Shown: positions 55,165-64,000 of the stretch, one piece after another
Position numbering within the stretch: the stretch's first letter is position 1
Layout: each line of letters starts with the position of its first letter
Assembly: GCA_964356375.1 (NCBI GenBank)
Contig: CAYHGT010000001.1
Coordinates: 9,221 to 73,220, forward strand
Reading direction: 5' to 3'
DNA length: 64,000 bases
From: an uncultured Candidatus Saccharibacteria bacterium
GTDB taxonomy: Bacteria > Patescibacteriota > Minisyncoccia > UBA6257 > GWB1-50-10
Position numbers and translations under genes: made by a program
The notes under the pieces: generated by a model
Databases searched by the model: none
The model's input: the letters and a program-made list of their open reading frames with translations, nothing else
Told to the model about the DNA's origin: nothing

Positions 55165-57063
55165 ATGGCAAAAATTTTAGGAATTGACCTCGGAACCACA
55201 AATTCGGCGATGGCGGTTATGGAAGGCGGAGAACCCACGGTGCTTGAGAATCAGGAAGGAAATCGCACAACTCCTTCAATCGTTGCAATGAGTAAGGCGA
55301 ATGAGCGCCTCTCGGGACTTTTGGCAAAGCGCCAGGCGGTTGTGAATCCAAAAAATACCATTTTTTCGGTGAAACGTTTAATTGGGAGGAAGTGGAGCGA
55401 TGCCGAGGTCCAGCGCGACAGCAAGTGGCTTCCATACGAAATTAAGGAGTCCACATCAGGTGGTGTGGATGTGAAGATGGGTGATAGGTGGTACACACCA
55501 GAAGAAATCTCATCAATGATTTTGCAAAAACTGAAGGCGGATGCTGAGGCAAAATTGGGAGAGAAAATTGATGAGGCGGTTATTACCGTACCCGCATATT
55601 TTGACGATAGTGAGCGCCAGGCAACGAAGAATGCGGGCGAGATTGCTGGATTCAAAGTACGTCGTATTATTAACGAGCCGACCGCGGCTGCATTTGCATA
55701 CGGCATGAACAAAATGAAGAACGAAAAAATCGCCGTATACGATTTTGGCGGTGGCACGTTTGATGTTTCGGTTCTTGAAATTGGCTACGATGCGGAATCA
55801 AAAGAGCAGACAGTCGAAGTTCGCGCAACGGGAGGCGATACACATCTCGGCGGTGATGATTTTGACAAACTCATCATTGATTACCTTGTAGCAGAATATA
55901 AGAAACAGGAGGGTATTGATATCTCAAAGGATCCACTCGCAATTCAGCGTTTGAAGGAGGCGGCGGAGCGTGCAAAGCATGAACTCTCAACCTCAATGGA
56001 AACGGAAATTAATATTCCATATATTACGTCCGATGCGACGGGGCCGAAGCATTTCTTATTAAAGCTTACGCGCGCAAAACTTGAAGATTTGGTTCGTGAT
56101 TTAATTGACCGCTCAATCGCGATTGCGAAAGAGACGGTGACTGCGGTTACGCCAAAGGGCGCAGGAATGAAGATTGAAGACATTAACGAAGTGCTTCTTG
56201 TGGGTGGACAGACAAGAATGCCCGCAATTCAGGAAGCAGTTAAGAAATTATTCGGTAAAGAACCACACAAGGGAATAAACCCAGACGAAGTGGTTGCTAT
56301 TGGCGCATCAATTCAGGCGGGTATTTTGCAAGGTGATGTGAAGGACATTCTTCTGCTTGATGTGACGCCACTTTTGCTTAGTATTGAAACAATGGGTGGC
56401 GTGGCTACGCCGATGATTCAGAAAAATACCACGATGCCGACCGCGAAGACTCAGGTATTTTCAACCGCTGCGGATAATCAAACCTCTGTAGAGATTCATA
56501 TCGGTCAGGGAGAGCGTCCTATGATGGCGGACAACAAAACACTTGCGCGCTTCATTTTGGATGGCATTCCGCCCTCTCCTCGTGGCGTACCGCAGGTTGA
56601 GGTGACATTTGATATTGATGCGAACGGAATACTTAGCGTATCCGCAAAGGATAAGGCATCTGGAAAGTCACAATCTGTGAAAATTGAAGCATCTACAAGC
56701 TTGAATAAGGAAGAGATTGAGCGTTTGAAACAGGAAGCGGCCACACATGCTGTGGAAGATGAGAAGCGTCGCGCGGTTATTGAGGTAAAGAACCAGGCAG
56801 AATCAATGATTTATGTCGCAGAAAAAGGACTTCGTGATGCGGGTGAGAAAGTCCCCCCCGAATTGAAGGAAAGTATTGAGAAAAAAATCGCGACTTTGAA
56901 AGAAGCAAAAGAGAAAGACGATGCTGAGCAAATTAAAAACACGACACAAGAACTTTCAACAGAACTTCAAAAGATAGGCGAAATGATGTATAAAGAGAAT
57001 AAGAGCGGTCCCGAGACAACTGAGCCGACACCGCCATCAAGCGAGCCAAGTCCCACAAGCTAA
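55165..57063 (+). CDS. dnaK: Chaperone DnaK
   Basis: [42 protein letters not shown]. Confidence 0.99.
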   Translation: MAKILGIDLGTTNSAMAVMEGGEPTVLENQEGNRTTPSIVAMSKANERLSGLLAKRQAVVNPKNTIFSVKRLIGRKWSDAEVQRDSKWLPYEIKESTSGGVDVKMGDRWYTPEEISSMILQKLKADAEAKLGEKIDEAVITVPAYFDDSERQATKNAGEIAGFKVRRIINEPTAAAFAYGMNKMKNEKIAVYDFGGGTFDVSVLEIGYDAESKEQTVEVRATGGDTHLGGDDFDKLIIDYLVAEYKKQEGIDISKDPLAIQRLKEAAERAKHELSTSMETEINIPYITSDATGPKHFLLKLTRAKLEDLVRDLIDRSIAIAKETVTAVTPKGAGMKIEDINEVLLVGGQTRMPAIQEAVKKLFGKEPHKGINPDEVVAIGASIQAGILQGDVKDILLLDVTPLLLSIETMGGVATPMIQKNTTMPTAKTQVFSTAADNQTSVEIHIGQGERPMMADNKTLARFILDGIPPSPRGVPQVEVTFDIDANGILSVSAKDKASGKSQSVKIEASTSLNKEEIERLKQEAATHAVEDEKRRAVIEVKNQAESMIYVAEKGLRDAGEKVPPELKESIEKKIATLKEAKEKDDAEQIKNTTQELSTELQKIGEMMYKENKSGPETTEPTPPSSEPSPTS

Positions 57064-57064
57064 T

Positions 57065-58114
57065 ATGTATGTAAACGAACCATCGGTAGTAAGTCAGTCA
57101 AGGATTGAAGAGACGGATTTTAATATCGCAAAAATTATCATACTCGCCATTTTTTCAATTGGCACAAGTGTGGCAATGATGTATGAGTTTGGTGAGTTTC
57201 TATCCTCGTTTCAATACGCGTTTCTTTGGTTCGGAGTGATAACGCTTCTCATGTTCCTTGTATTGAATATATTGAACACGTTTTTTATAAAACGATTCTC
57301 AATACTCGCGGGCATTGTGTTATTGGAGGCCGGCTTACCAGTGTTGTTTTTCATGGATCGTATTAAAACGGAGGCATGGCCCATTGCAATCGGATTTACA
57401 TTGTTTTTTATTTTCATACTTTGGGGAATGCAGCGAGGGAGAAGCCATTTAGCAAATAGTGTTAAAATTAAGTTTTTCTCTATCGCCAAAACAGTAACTC
57501 CAAAATTGGTTACTGGCGTGCTTATCGGAGTGAGCGTAATCTTCTATATGAACTGTTTTTCTGTGGGAGGTGCGTGCGTTGAGGGACTTGGGCGCGAGGT
57601 TTTGAATCAAACGCTCACCGCTTCAACGCCAATTGTGAATATTTGGGTGCCAAACGTATCGGCGAACCAGACAATTAACGAATTTTTCAAGCAGTTTGCA
57701 CTTTCGGAAATGGCGCGAGTGCAGTCCGAGGGCGGTCTTACTTCTGCAATAAATCTAAAGTCCGGCATTTCGGACCTTCCAATTGAGGTGCGTGAGAAGA
57801 TTGTAAATCAATTTTCTGGAGAGATACGGAAAGCAGCTGAAGAAAAAATTGGCCCCCTGAACTCTAAGGCGAGTGTGCGCAACGAAGCATTTCGTTTAAT
57901 TTCAGAATATATTGGGAAGTTTTCCGATGTAACAAAATCATTAATATCAATTGGCCTAGCAATACTGTTTTTCTTTTCGCTTAAAGGATTTGGATTTTTA
58001 CTGTATTGGTTCATAAATTTTATCGCGTTTCTAATCTATAAATTACTTATTGCGGCAAATTTTGCTGCGGTTGATTACGAAACGCGGAATCGCGAATTCG
58101 TAATTCTGCCGTAA
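57065..58114 (+). CDS. Multi-pass membrane hypothetical protein between dnaK and dnaJ
   Basis: About 6-7 TM segments with a large soluble loop. Confidence 0.7.
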   Translation: MYVNEPSVVSQSRIEETDFNIAKIIILAIFSIGTSVAMMYEFGEFLSSFQYAFLWFGVITLLMFLVLNILNTFFIKRFSILAGIVLLEAGLPVLFFMDRIKTEAWPIAIGFTLFFIFILWGMQRGRSHLANSVKIKFFSIAKTVTPKLVTGVLIGVSVIFYMNCFSVGGACVEGLGREVLNQTLTASTPIVNIWVPNVSANQTINEFFKQFALSEMARVQSEGGLTSAINLKSGISDLPIEVREKIVNQFSGEIRKAAEEKIGPLNSKASVRNEAFRLISEYIGKFSDVTKSLISIGLAILFFFSLKGFGFLLYWFINFIAFLIYKLLIAANFAAVDYETRNREFVILP

Positions 58115-58121
58115 CAAAATA

Positions 58122-59234
58122 ATGAAGGATTATTATTCAATTTTAGGAGTCGCACGTGGCGCATCCGAGGACGATATAAAAAAAGCATATCGTAAGCTTG
58201 CGCACCAATTTCATCCAGATAAGGCTGGCGGCAATGAGGCAAAATTTAAAGAGATAAATGAGGCATATCAAGTGCTTTCTAATAAAGATAAGCGCGCACA
58301 ATATGACCGTTTTGGCCATGTGGCAGATGGCGCGGATCAGGGCCCGATACCTGGTTGGGAGGGCTTTCAAGGGTTCGGCGGTCAGGGTGGACAGTGGAAT
58401 GTGAATTTTGGCGAGGATATTGGAGACCTCGGTGATATTTTTGAAACATTTTTTGGTGGCGGTGCTGGAGGTGGTAGGGCACAGAAACCCGCGTATAAAC
58501 GTGGAGCAAATATTGAAGCACACGAACGAATCTCGCTTGAGGAGGTATTTAGCGGTGTCACGCGCACGCTTAGATTTGAAACGTATGTAGCGTGTCCTCA
58601 TTGCAAGGGGTTGGGGTATGAAAAAAGCAAAGGTACATCACAATGTGCGAAGTGCAATGGTCGGGGAGAGACGCGCGAAGAACGCAGAACGGTGTTTGGT
58701 AGTTTTGTACAAGCAAAAGCGTGTGCAGATTGTCGCGGTAAGGGCGAGGTGCCAAATGAGAAGTGCCATGAGTGCAATGGTGTGGGAAGAAAAGTGAGTA
58801 CGCGCGAAGTTGATGTAGAAATCGCAAGAGGCATTGAGGACGGTCAGGTGATTAAGATCGCGGGGATGGGTGAGGCGGGAGAGCTTGCGAGTGGCACGGG
58901 CGACCTCTATGTAGTTGTGCGCGTAAAACCACATGCGCAGTTTGAACGTCGCAAGGACGACCTTACAACAGAAAAAGAAATCAAGGTGACGGACGCGCTT
59001 TTAGAAAAAGAAATTGAGATGGTGGATATTAATGGTGCGCGTTATACAATTCAGATTCCCGCGGGATTTAACTTGAATGAGTCACTTAAGATCACGGGGC
59101 GAGGTATGCCAAAGTTTGGTTTGTTTGGCGCCTACTCGCGTGGTAACTTATATGTTCGCTTGAACGCAAAACTTCCAAAATCACTCTCACACAAAGCCAA
59201 AAAACTTTTGGATGATTTGGACAAGGAGCTGTAG
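58122..59234 (+). CDS. dnaJ: Chaperone DnaJ
   Basis: J domain with HPD, G/F region, four CxxCxGxG repeats. Confidence 0.98.
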   Translation: MKDYYSILGVARGASEDDIKKAYRKLAHQFHPDKAGGNEAKFKEINEAYQVLSNKDKRAQYDRFGHVADGADQGPIPGWEGFQGFGGQGGQWNVNFGEDIGDLGDIFETFFGGGAGGGRAQKPAYKRGANIEAHERISLEEVFSGVTRTLRFETYVACPHCKGLGYEKSKGTSQCAKCNGRGETREERRTVFGSFVQAKACADCRGKGEVPNEKCHECNGVGRKVSTREVDVEIARGIEDGQVIKIAGMGEAGELASGTGDLYVVVRVKPHAQFERRKDDLTTEKEIKVTDALLEKEIEMVDINGARYTIQIPAGFNLNESLKITGRGMPKFGLFGAYSRGNLYVRLNAKLPKSLSHKAKKLLDDLDKEL

Positions 59235-59239
59235 GGAGA

Positions 59240-59420
59240 TGGCTCTCTTCTTGCCTTTCGGAACCAGAATATTTTTCTGTTGAAAAATTCCTGCCTACCG
59301 GCAGGCAGGTCTTCCCCCTCAGCCACCTTCGTGGCTTGTGGGATGTTCCTCAAGGCAAGAAGAGCGCCAAGCGTGGAGTGAGGGGTGAAGAGGGTGAGGC
59401 TCGCTTCAACAGAAATTTTA
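59240..59420. repeat. Interleaved inverted-repeat element with a nested CCTGCCTACCGGCAGGCAGG palindrome
   Basis: A 59245-57/A' 59352-64; B 59274-84/B' 59405-15; C 59310-21/C' 59379-91; nested palindrome at 59290-59309. Confidence 0.7.
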
Positions 59421-59479
59421 TAATACTTGCAAACGAGCGAGTGCCATCCTATACTCTGATTAGTTCCAAAGGAGATAAA

Positions 59480-59779
59480 ATGAGTTTAGAATCTCTTGAG
59501 AGGGCATTAGTTGATAAGTCCATTTCCGATGAAGAGTTTTTTGACCTTTTATGGAAATATTGTATTGACCACGATGTAGAAGTTGAGATGTCAAAGTGGG
59601 GTTATGATTCCTCAATTGATTCCCTAGATACTCGAAATCAGTTCGGGGTACGGATGGTAAGCGAGCGCCCCAATATTGTAGCGATTCATAGTAAGCACCG
59701 TTTGGAAGAGCTCTGGCATCGTTGTGGATTCAAAAACGATATTTTTCAAAAGGAGGTATGCGATGGGAAACATGTGTAG
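59480..59779 (+). CDS. Small hypothetical protein
   Basis: SD AAGGAG before ATG 59480. Confidence 0.55.
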   Translation: MSLESLERALVDKSISDEEFFDLLWKYCIDHDVEVEMSKWGYDSSIDSLDTRNQFGVRMVSERPNIVAIHSKHRLEELWHRCGFKNDIFQKEVCDGKHV

Positions 59780-59977
59780 AGTTACACTGAATCTTCCACA
59801 AGAACTTTTAGACCGAGTGAAGGCAAGGGCAAAAAAGAAGAGCTTACAGCAACGGACATGTTCCGAAGAGCGCTCGAAATGGACCTATTCCTTACAAAAG
59901 AAGAGGATGCTGGCTCCAAGCTATTACTCAAGAGATCTAATAAGAAAAAAATGGTCGAACTTATTCGACCGTGGTAA
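59763..59977 (+). CDS. Ribbon-helix-helix (CopG-like) protein that needs a -1 shift at A_AAA_AAG (or is a pseudogene)
   Basis: Frame 0 RVTLNLPQELLDRVKARAK; -1 frame KEELTATDMFRRALEMDLFL...; SD AAGGAGG. Confidence 0.6.
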
Positions 59978-60071
59978 TAAGCTCAACTGAACCTGATATT
60001 CCACCCCCCGCATTTGCGGGGCTTTTTAAATACCAGGAAACCCCGCAGGAACTGCGTGGAGGAGGTCATTA

Positions 60072-60100
60072 TTGACTCCATTGTAACGTCGGAGTTGACT
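60072..60100. repeat. Degenerate CTCC...GTCGGAG palindrome between duplicated TTGACT (-35 of the rplJ promoter)
   Basis: TTGACT ccattgtaacgtcggag TTGACT, then a 16-bp spacer and TATTAT. Confidence 0.6.
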
Positions 60101-60129
60101 TTCACACGGGATTCGCTATTATATACAGG

Positions 60130-60270
60130 CAATCCGTAGAAAGTAGGCATCCCGAAAAAGGGAATAAGCTTGCCCGTCCGTAGTTCGCCAAAGGCGAACG
60201 AAGGAGGGTCCTACCGAGGAGTAGCCCAAGTTTGGGCAAATCTTTCTGCGGCAAAGGTCGCGGTTTTTTG
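60130..60270 (+). promoter_or_regulatory. Ribosomal protein L10 leader with an inserted hairpin
   Basis: CCGTAGAAAGTAGG...CCTACCGAGG resembles the L10-leader core; lies upstream of rplJ. Confidence 0.7.
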
Positions 60271-60284
60271 TAGGATAAACTGAA

Positions 60285-60776
60285 ATGAAAACAAAAGCAC
60301 AAAAAGTTACACAGATAGAAGAAGGCGCAAAAGAACTGAAGACCAGTCAGACAGTGGTTATCACCGATTTTACGGGTCTTACTGCGAACGAATTAAATGC
60401 GTTCCGTAAAGAAGTGTTTATGCTTGGTGGTACTATGAGCGTTATTAAAAAGCGTCTCTTGAAATATGTGTTTGAGAAAGAGGGAATTGATTTTGATCCC
60501 AAACAATTTGAAGGCCAGACGGGTGTCGTGTTCTCACCGAAAGATATGGTGGAAACTGCGGGTACCACGTACCGATTTACAAAGCAGAGTAAGCTTTTGA
60601 AAATTCTTGGCGGATATGAAGTGGGGGAGAAGAAATTCATTGCAGCAGCGGATGTGGCTCGCATCGGACAGTTGCCATCAAAAGAAGTTCTTTTGGGTCA
60701 ATTGGTCTATATGCTTGGTTCACCGATTCGTTCGCTCCTCATTGTATTGAATGAAAAGTCGAAGAAAACTAATTAA
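60285..60776 (+). CDS. rplJ: 50S ribosomal protein L10
   Basis: TDFTGLT, VIKKRL, LPSKEVLLGQL; precedes rplL. Confidence 0.93.
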   Translation: MKTKAQKVTQIEEGAKELKTSQTVVITDFTGLTANELNAFRKEVFMLGGTMSVIKKRLLKYVFEKEGIDFDPKQFEGQTGVVFSPKDMVETAGTTYRFTKQSKLLKILGGYEVGEKKFIAAADVARIGQLPSKEVLLGQLVYMLGSPIRSLLIVLNEKSKKTN

Positions 60777-60783
60777 TTAAACT

Positions 60784-61149
60784 ATGGAAAAATTTAACGA
60801 TATTATCACGAAAGTTGAATCAATGTCCGTATTGGAACTCTCGGAGCTTGTAAAGGCTTTGGAGGAAAAATTCGGAGTATCAGCAGCCGCGATGGCGTCA
60901 GCAGGACCTGCGGCGGGAGGCGCAGCAGCTGAAGAGAAGACCGCGTGGGATGTAATGCTCACGAGCAGTGGCGAACAGAAAATCAACGTCATCAAGATTG
61001 TGAAAGAAGCGACGGGCCTCGGCTTGAAAGAAGCGAAGGACCTCGTGGACGGCGCACCGAAGGAGGTGAAGAAAGGATTGAAGAAAGAAGAGGCAGAAGA
61101 GTTGAAGAAGAAACTCGAAGAAGCCGGCGCAGTAGTGGAGTTGAAATAA
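60784..61149 (+). CDS. rplL: 50S ribosomal protein L7/L12
   Basis: [39 protein letters not shown]. Confidence 0.98.
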   Translation: MEKFNDIITKVESMSVLELSELVKALEEKFGVSAAAMASAGPAAGGAAAEEKTAWDVMLTSSGEQKINVIKIVKEATGLGLKEAKDLVDGAPKEVKKGLKKEEAEELKKKLEEAGAVVELK

Positions 61150-61157
61150 TCCACATC

Positions 61158-61186
61158 AAAACACCCCCGCGTTGCGGGGGTGTTTT
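61158..61186 (+). terminator. Rho-independent terminator after rplL
   Basis: aaaacacccccgc-gtt-gcgggggtgtttt. Confidence 0.8.
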
Positions 61187-61188
61187 GT

Positions 61189-61337
61189 ATTTCTGTTCTC
61201 GCTCGTTTTCTCCGCCACCGGATGTCGCTTTGCTCCTGCGGCAAAGCGCATCGCTACCCTCTCGGCGAAAAAATCCTTCGGATGCCAAGCTTTTTCACCT
61301 CCGAGAGTTGTCGGAAAAAACGAGCGAGAACAGAAAT
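61189..61337. repeat. MITE-like element with a perfect 21-bp terminal IR and internal hairpins
   Basis: ATTTCTGTTCTCGCTCGTTTT 61189-61209 / AAAACGAGCGAGAACAGAAAT 61317-61337. Confidence 0.75.
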
Positions 61338-61417
61338 GAATGGTGATTGGGTGAAGCCAAGCAGATAAGAAAGACACAATTGCCTTTTTGCACTCCGACT
61401 GCTATAAATATTCCTAT

Positions 61418-61494
61418 GGGCAATTAGCTCAGCTGGTTAGAGCGTTGCATTCACATTGCAAAGGTCACTGGTTCGAGTCCAGTATTGCCCACCA
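61418..61494 (+). tRNA. tRNA-Val(CAC)
   Basis: GGGCAAT acceptor, TAGCTCAGCTGGTTAGAGC, anticodon arm TTGCA-TTCACAT-TGCAA, GGTTCGAGTCC, ends ACCA. Confidence 0.95.
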
Positions 61495-61583
61495 CTTCGA
61501 CTCGTAAGGCCTCGCTCAGTGCGGGCACCAGGAGTCAGCGTGCGAGGCGAAGCGCCCTGAGCGAACGACAGTGAGTCGAATGG
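61495..61583. repeat. REP-like inverted doublet CTTCGACTCG..CGCTCAG / CTGAGCG..GAGTCGAA
   Basis: Begins immediately after the tRNA CCA; the arms are complementary. Confidence 0.65.
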
Positions 61584-61628
61584 CCACTTTGAGATAGGTT
61601 CGGAGTCCGAGGAGCTATAATAGTTTAT

Positions 61629-62252
61629 ATGAAAAATATTATCTTTGATTGGTCTGGTGTAGTAAGGGATACTGTTACGGGTCAACTCTGGATTGTTAAC
61701 AAAATATTTGAAAAATATAATGTTAGCAAAATAGGCCTAGAGGAATTCAGAGAAAATTGGAAACAGCCACCCGCTTTTTTTTATCAAAAATATTTACCTG
61801 AAGGTTATAGCGAAGAGGAGCGAGTCAAATTTTTTTCAGGAATTCAACTAGATAAAGACTGCCCGAAATCCGCCCCATTTTCGGAAGTGGTAGAACTCAT
61901 ATGCAAATGTAAGGAAAGTGGTTATTTTCTTGCTGTCGTAAGTTCCGATTTCCCAGAGACATTACTTCCTGAGGTAAAAGAGTATGGACTGGAAAATATT
62001 TTTAATGAAATAGTTACCGATGCAGACGATAAATTAGAAGCTGTTCAAAGAATAATCGAAGAGAATGATTTAGATCCGCAAAATACATTTTTTGTCGGGG
62101 ATAGTAATCATGAGATAGATGTGGCCAAGAAAGTAGGAATCAGAAGCGTTGCAGTTACCTGGGGTTTCACTAGCGAGCAAAAATTAAGATCAAGAAATCC
62201 GGATTACGTTACTCATAATCCTCACGAACTAGAGAGTGTGATTTTTACTTAA
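61629..62252 (+). CDS. HAD-superfamily hydrolase (phosphoglycolate phosphatase-like)
   Basis: IIFDWSGVV, LAVVSS, FFVGDSNHEI, VAVTWG. Confidence 0.88.
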   Translation: MKNIIFDWSGVVRDTVTGQLWIVNKIFEKYNVSKIGLEEFRENWKQPPAFFYQKYLPEGYSEEERVKFFSGIQLDKDCPKSAPFSEVVELICKCKESGYFLAVVSSDFPETLLPEVKEYGLENIFNEIVTDADDKLEAVQRIIEENDLDPQNTFFVGDSNHEIDVAKKVGIRSVAVTWGFTSEQKLRSRNPDYVTHNPHELESVIFT

Positions 62253-62515
62253 AATAGATCATTCCGAGGAGGGTCGAAATGATAGAATAAGGGAACCTCA
62301 AAAAAGCCTTTGGTGGTCTCGCCTTTTAAATATCCGAGCCCGAACTGTCCACCAATACAAAAACAGAGCACCTTCGAGTGTTCTGTTTTTGTATCAAGGG
62401 TTCTGATTCCGTATGGGTATATGGACAACTCTCCATTCTAGGAGAAACCGACATATGTGTGTGCACATTACCCGAGATGCTTGACAATTTTGACGGGGTA
62501 TGCTAGCATATATTT

Positions 62516-62650
62516 AGCTGAAAAGGCGGGGTGGCGGCTCAGTGAGACTCTGTCTCCTTGGAACAGCACCCTTCCTGTGCAAAATCCGCTTGAGATTGGG
62601 CGCAGGAAGTATGGGCACTCCCCTGGGTTGAACACCCAGGGTTTTCTTTT
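62516..62650 (+). ncRNA. Candidate small structured RNA of unknown family
   Basis: Promoter TTGACA(62481)-17-TAGCAT(62504) with TG; internal hairpin CTTCCTGTGC/GCGCAGGAAG; terminator CCCTGGGT/ACCCAGGG-TTTTCTTTT; no clear ORF. Confidence 0.45.
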
Positions 62651-62685
62651 ACACCACAAAGGTTTGAGCGGGAAGGATGAGTCGT

Positions 62686-63966
62686 TTACATCCCTCTGCC
62701 GAGCGTGACGAAGAGAAGAATTGCCGAGAGTGCCATAAGCGCAAACGTTGCCCAGACAAACGTATTGGAGAGTGCGCCACTTCTATACTCTCCCATAATC
62801 TTTTTATTGCGCGCCACAAGCGCGATTACGAAGATGAGGGGGACGGCAGCAATACCATTGAAGACGGCGGTGAAGACAAGTGCTTTCATTGGGTCAATGC
62901 CGATGAAATTAATAGCGAGACCAACAATGGTCGCGATAGTAATAATACCGTAGAAGCCATGCGCTTTTTTGAGTTTCATATTCAACCCCTCCTTGAGATT
63001 CAGTGTTTCCGAGAGTGCGTACGAAGCGGAAGCGGAAAGGACGGGAACTCCGAGAAGTCCAAGTCCAATGATGCCGGTTGAGAAAATTATTTTCGCGAGC
63101 AGTCCCGCATTCGGGAATGTATGCACCAAAGGCTCAAGCGCTTTTGCGGCATCTGCTGCGGTACGAATATCAAAGACGCCGCTTGTGTGCAGTACGGTGG
63201 CGGCAACGACGATGATGCACCACGTCGCAACTTCGGATGACAACATTCCAAAAAATGTATCCAGGCGCATGCGATGCATAAATTGCTTTGTCATGCTCGG
63301 TTTGCCGTCATGAATCATGTGTTTTTCTTTTTCTTCCTCTACTTCTTCGGATGCTTGCCAGAAAAACATATACGGCGAGATAGTAGTGCCAAACACCCCC
63401 GTAATAATAAAAAGGAATGCAAAATTAAATTCAACGTGTGGAATAAACGTTGCCTTCAGCAATTCTCCCCATGGCTGATGCACGAGGAAGACCGTGAGCG
63501 GATACGCAATTAAAGAGAGTGCAAACCACTTGAGAATTTTTGAGTACGTCCTATATGATACAAAGATTTCCAATATCAAAATAAGCGCGGCAAAGAAGAG
63601 TATGAGTACGCCGAAGGGGAGCGGGATGATAAGTTGCGCGGCCGCACCCATTGCGCCCAAGTCCGCGCCGATGTTGATGGTGTTCGCAACGACAATTAAC
63701 AAAACCATCGCGTAGAGAATCTTCTTGCTGTAATTTTCTTTAACTACCGCCGCAAGTCCTTTTCCTGTCACCGCGCCGATGCGCGCGCACGCTTCTTGTA
63801 TCGCAACCATGAACGGAAGAAGTGCCGCCGCGGTCCAGAGTTGCGCATATCCAAACTGCGCGCCCGTTTGCGAATAGGTCGCGATGCCTGAGGGATCATC
63901 ATCCGCAGCGCCGGTTATGATTCCGGGTCCTGCTTTTTTAAATAAATTTCTTGCGCCTTTAAACAT
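62686..63966 (-). CDS. NRAMP-family divalent metal transporter
   Basis: GPGIITGAADDDPSGIATYSQTGA, GTTISPYMFFWQ; about 11 TM segments. Confidence 0.9.
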   Translation of the reverse strand: MFKGARNLFKKAGPGIITGAADDDPSGIATYSQTGAQFGYAQLWTAAALLPFMVAIQEACARIGAVTGKGLAAVVKENYSKKILYAMVLLIVVANTINIGADLGAMGAAAQLIIPLPFGVLILFFAALILILEIFVSYRTYSKILKWFALSLIAYPLTVFLVHQPWGELLKATFIPHVEFNFAFLFIITGVFGTTISPYMFFWQASEEVEEEKEKHMIHDGKPSMTKQFMHRMRLDTFFGMLSSEVATWCIIVVAATVLHTSGVFDIRTAADAAKALEPLVHTFPNAGLLAKIIFSTGIIGLGLLGVPVLSASASYALSETLNLKEGLNMKLKKAHGFYGIITIATIVGLAINFIGIDPMKALVFTAVFNGIAAVPLIFVIALVARNKKIMGEYRSGALSNTFVWATFALMALSAILLFVTLGRGM

Positions 63967-64000
63967 AAGTGATAAATATTTTCAATTATATCAGTAGTTC

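Noticed and set aside
59336-59479. N-terminal extension of ORF 59336-59779
   Set aside because: It runs through the repeat element; the SD-supported start is ATG 59480
1400-62400. CRISPR array
   Set aside because: The repeats are dispersed or 7-8 nt tandem units; there is no regular repeat-spacer array and no cas gene
62270-62440. Possible tmRNA/tRNA fragment or att site (..CTGTCCACCA plus a long hairpin)
   Set aside because: No T-arm consensus and no match to the tRNA-Val 3' end; only a terminator-like hairpin is supportable
1-64000. Alternative genetic code (UGA=Gly, as in Gracilibacteria/Absconditabacteria)
   Set aside because: Long conserved genes translate fully under code 11, and TGA serves as a stop (e.g. 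rodA, mreC)

Overview
This looks like a chromosomal window from a Patescibacteria (CPR, Parcubacteria-like) bacterium. The assignment is inferred from gene content and style: compact RpoB, a type IV pilus locus with LamG pilins, a VirD4/TraG-like ATPase, two mreB paralogs and mostly SD-less starts. The window holds a type IV pilus cluster (~1.6-10.2 kb), cell-wall and shape genes, rpoBC, rpsF-ssb-rpsR, parAB, rel, groESL, proS/lysS/serS, hrcA-grpE-dnaK-dnaJ (CIRCE sites), rplJL, tRNA-Leu(CAA) and tRNA-Val(CAC). The most striking unexplained signal is non-coding. Several families of short, often nested palindromic elements sit on functional signals. They duplicate ATGA start codons and create coupled uORFs, duplicate TTGACT -35 boxes, and insert into the L10 leader, a pilin leader and partial tRNA copies around a GIY-YIG nuclease gene. 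Separately, 7- and 8-nt inverted repeat arrays occur at promoters and around a four-helix-bundle gene, and they extend into pilin leader peptides. Other candidates are a transglutaminase-like protein with a beta-barrel-like C-terminus, an RHH gene with an A_AAA_AAG -1 frameshift site, and an orphan small RNA. All calls come from reading the sequence by eye; no database searches were run.
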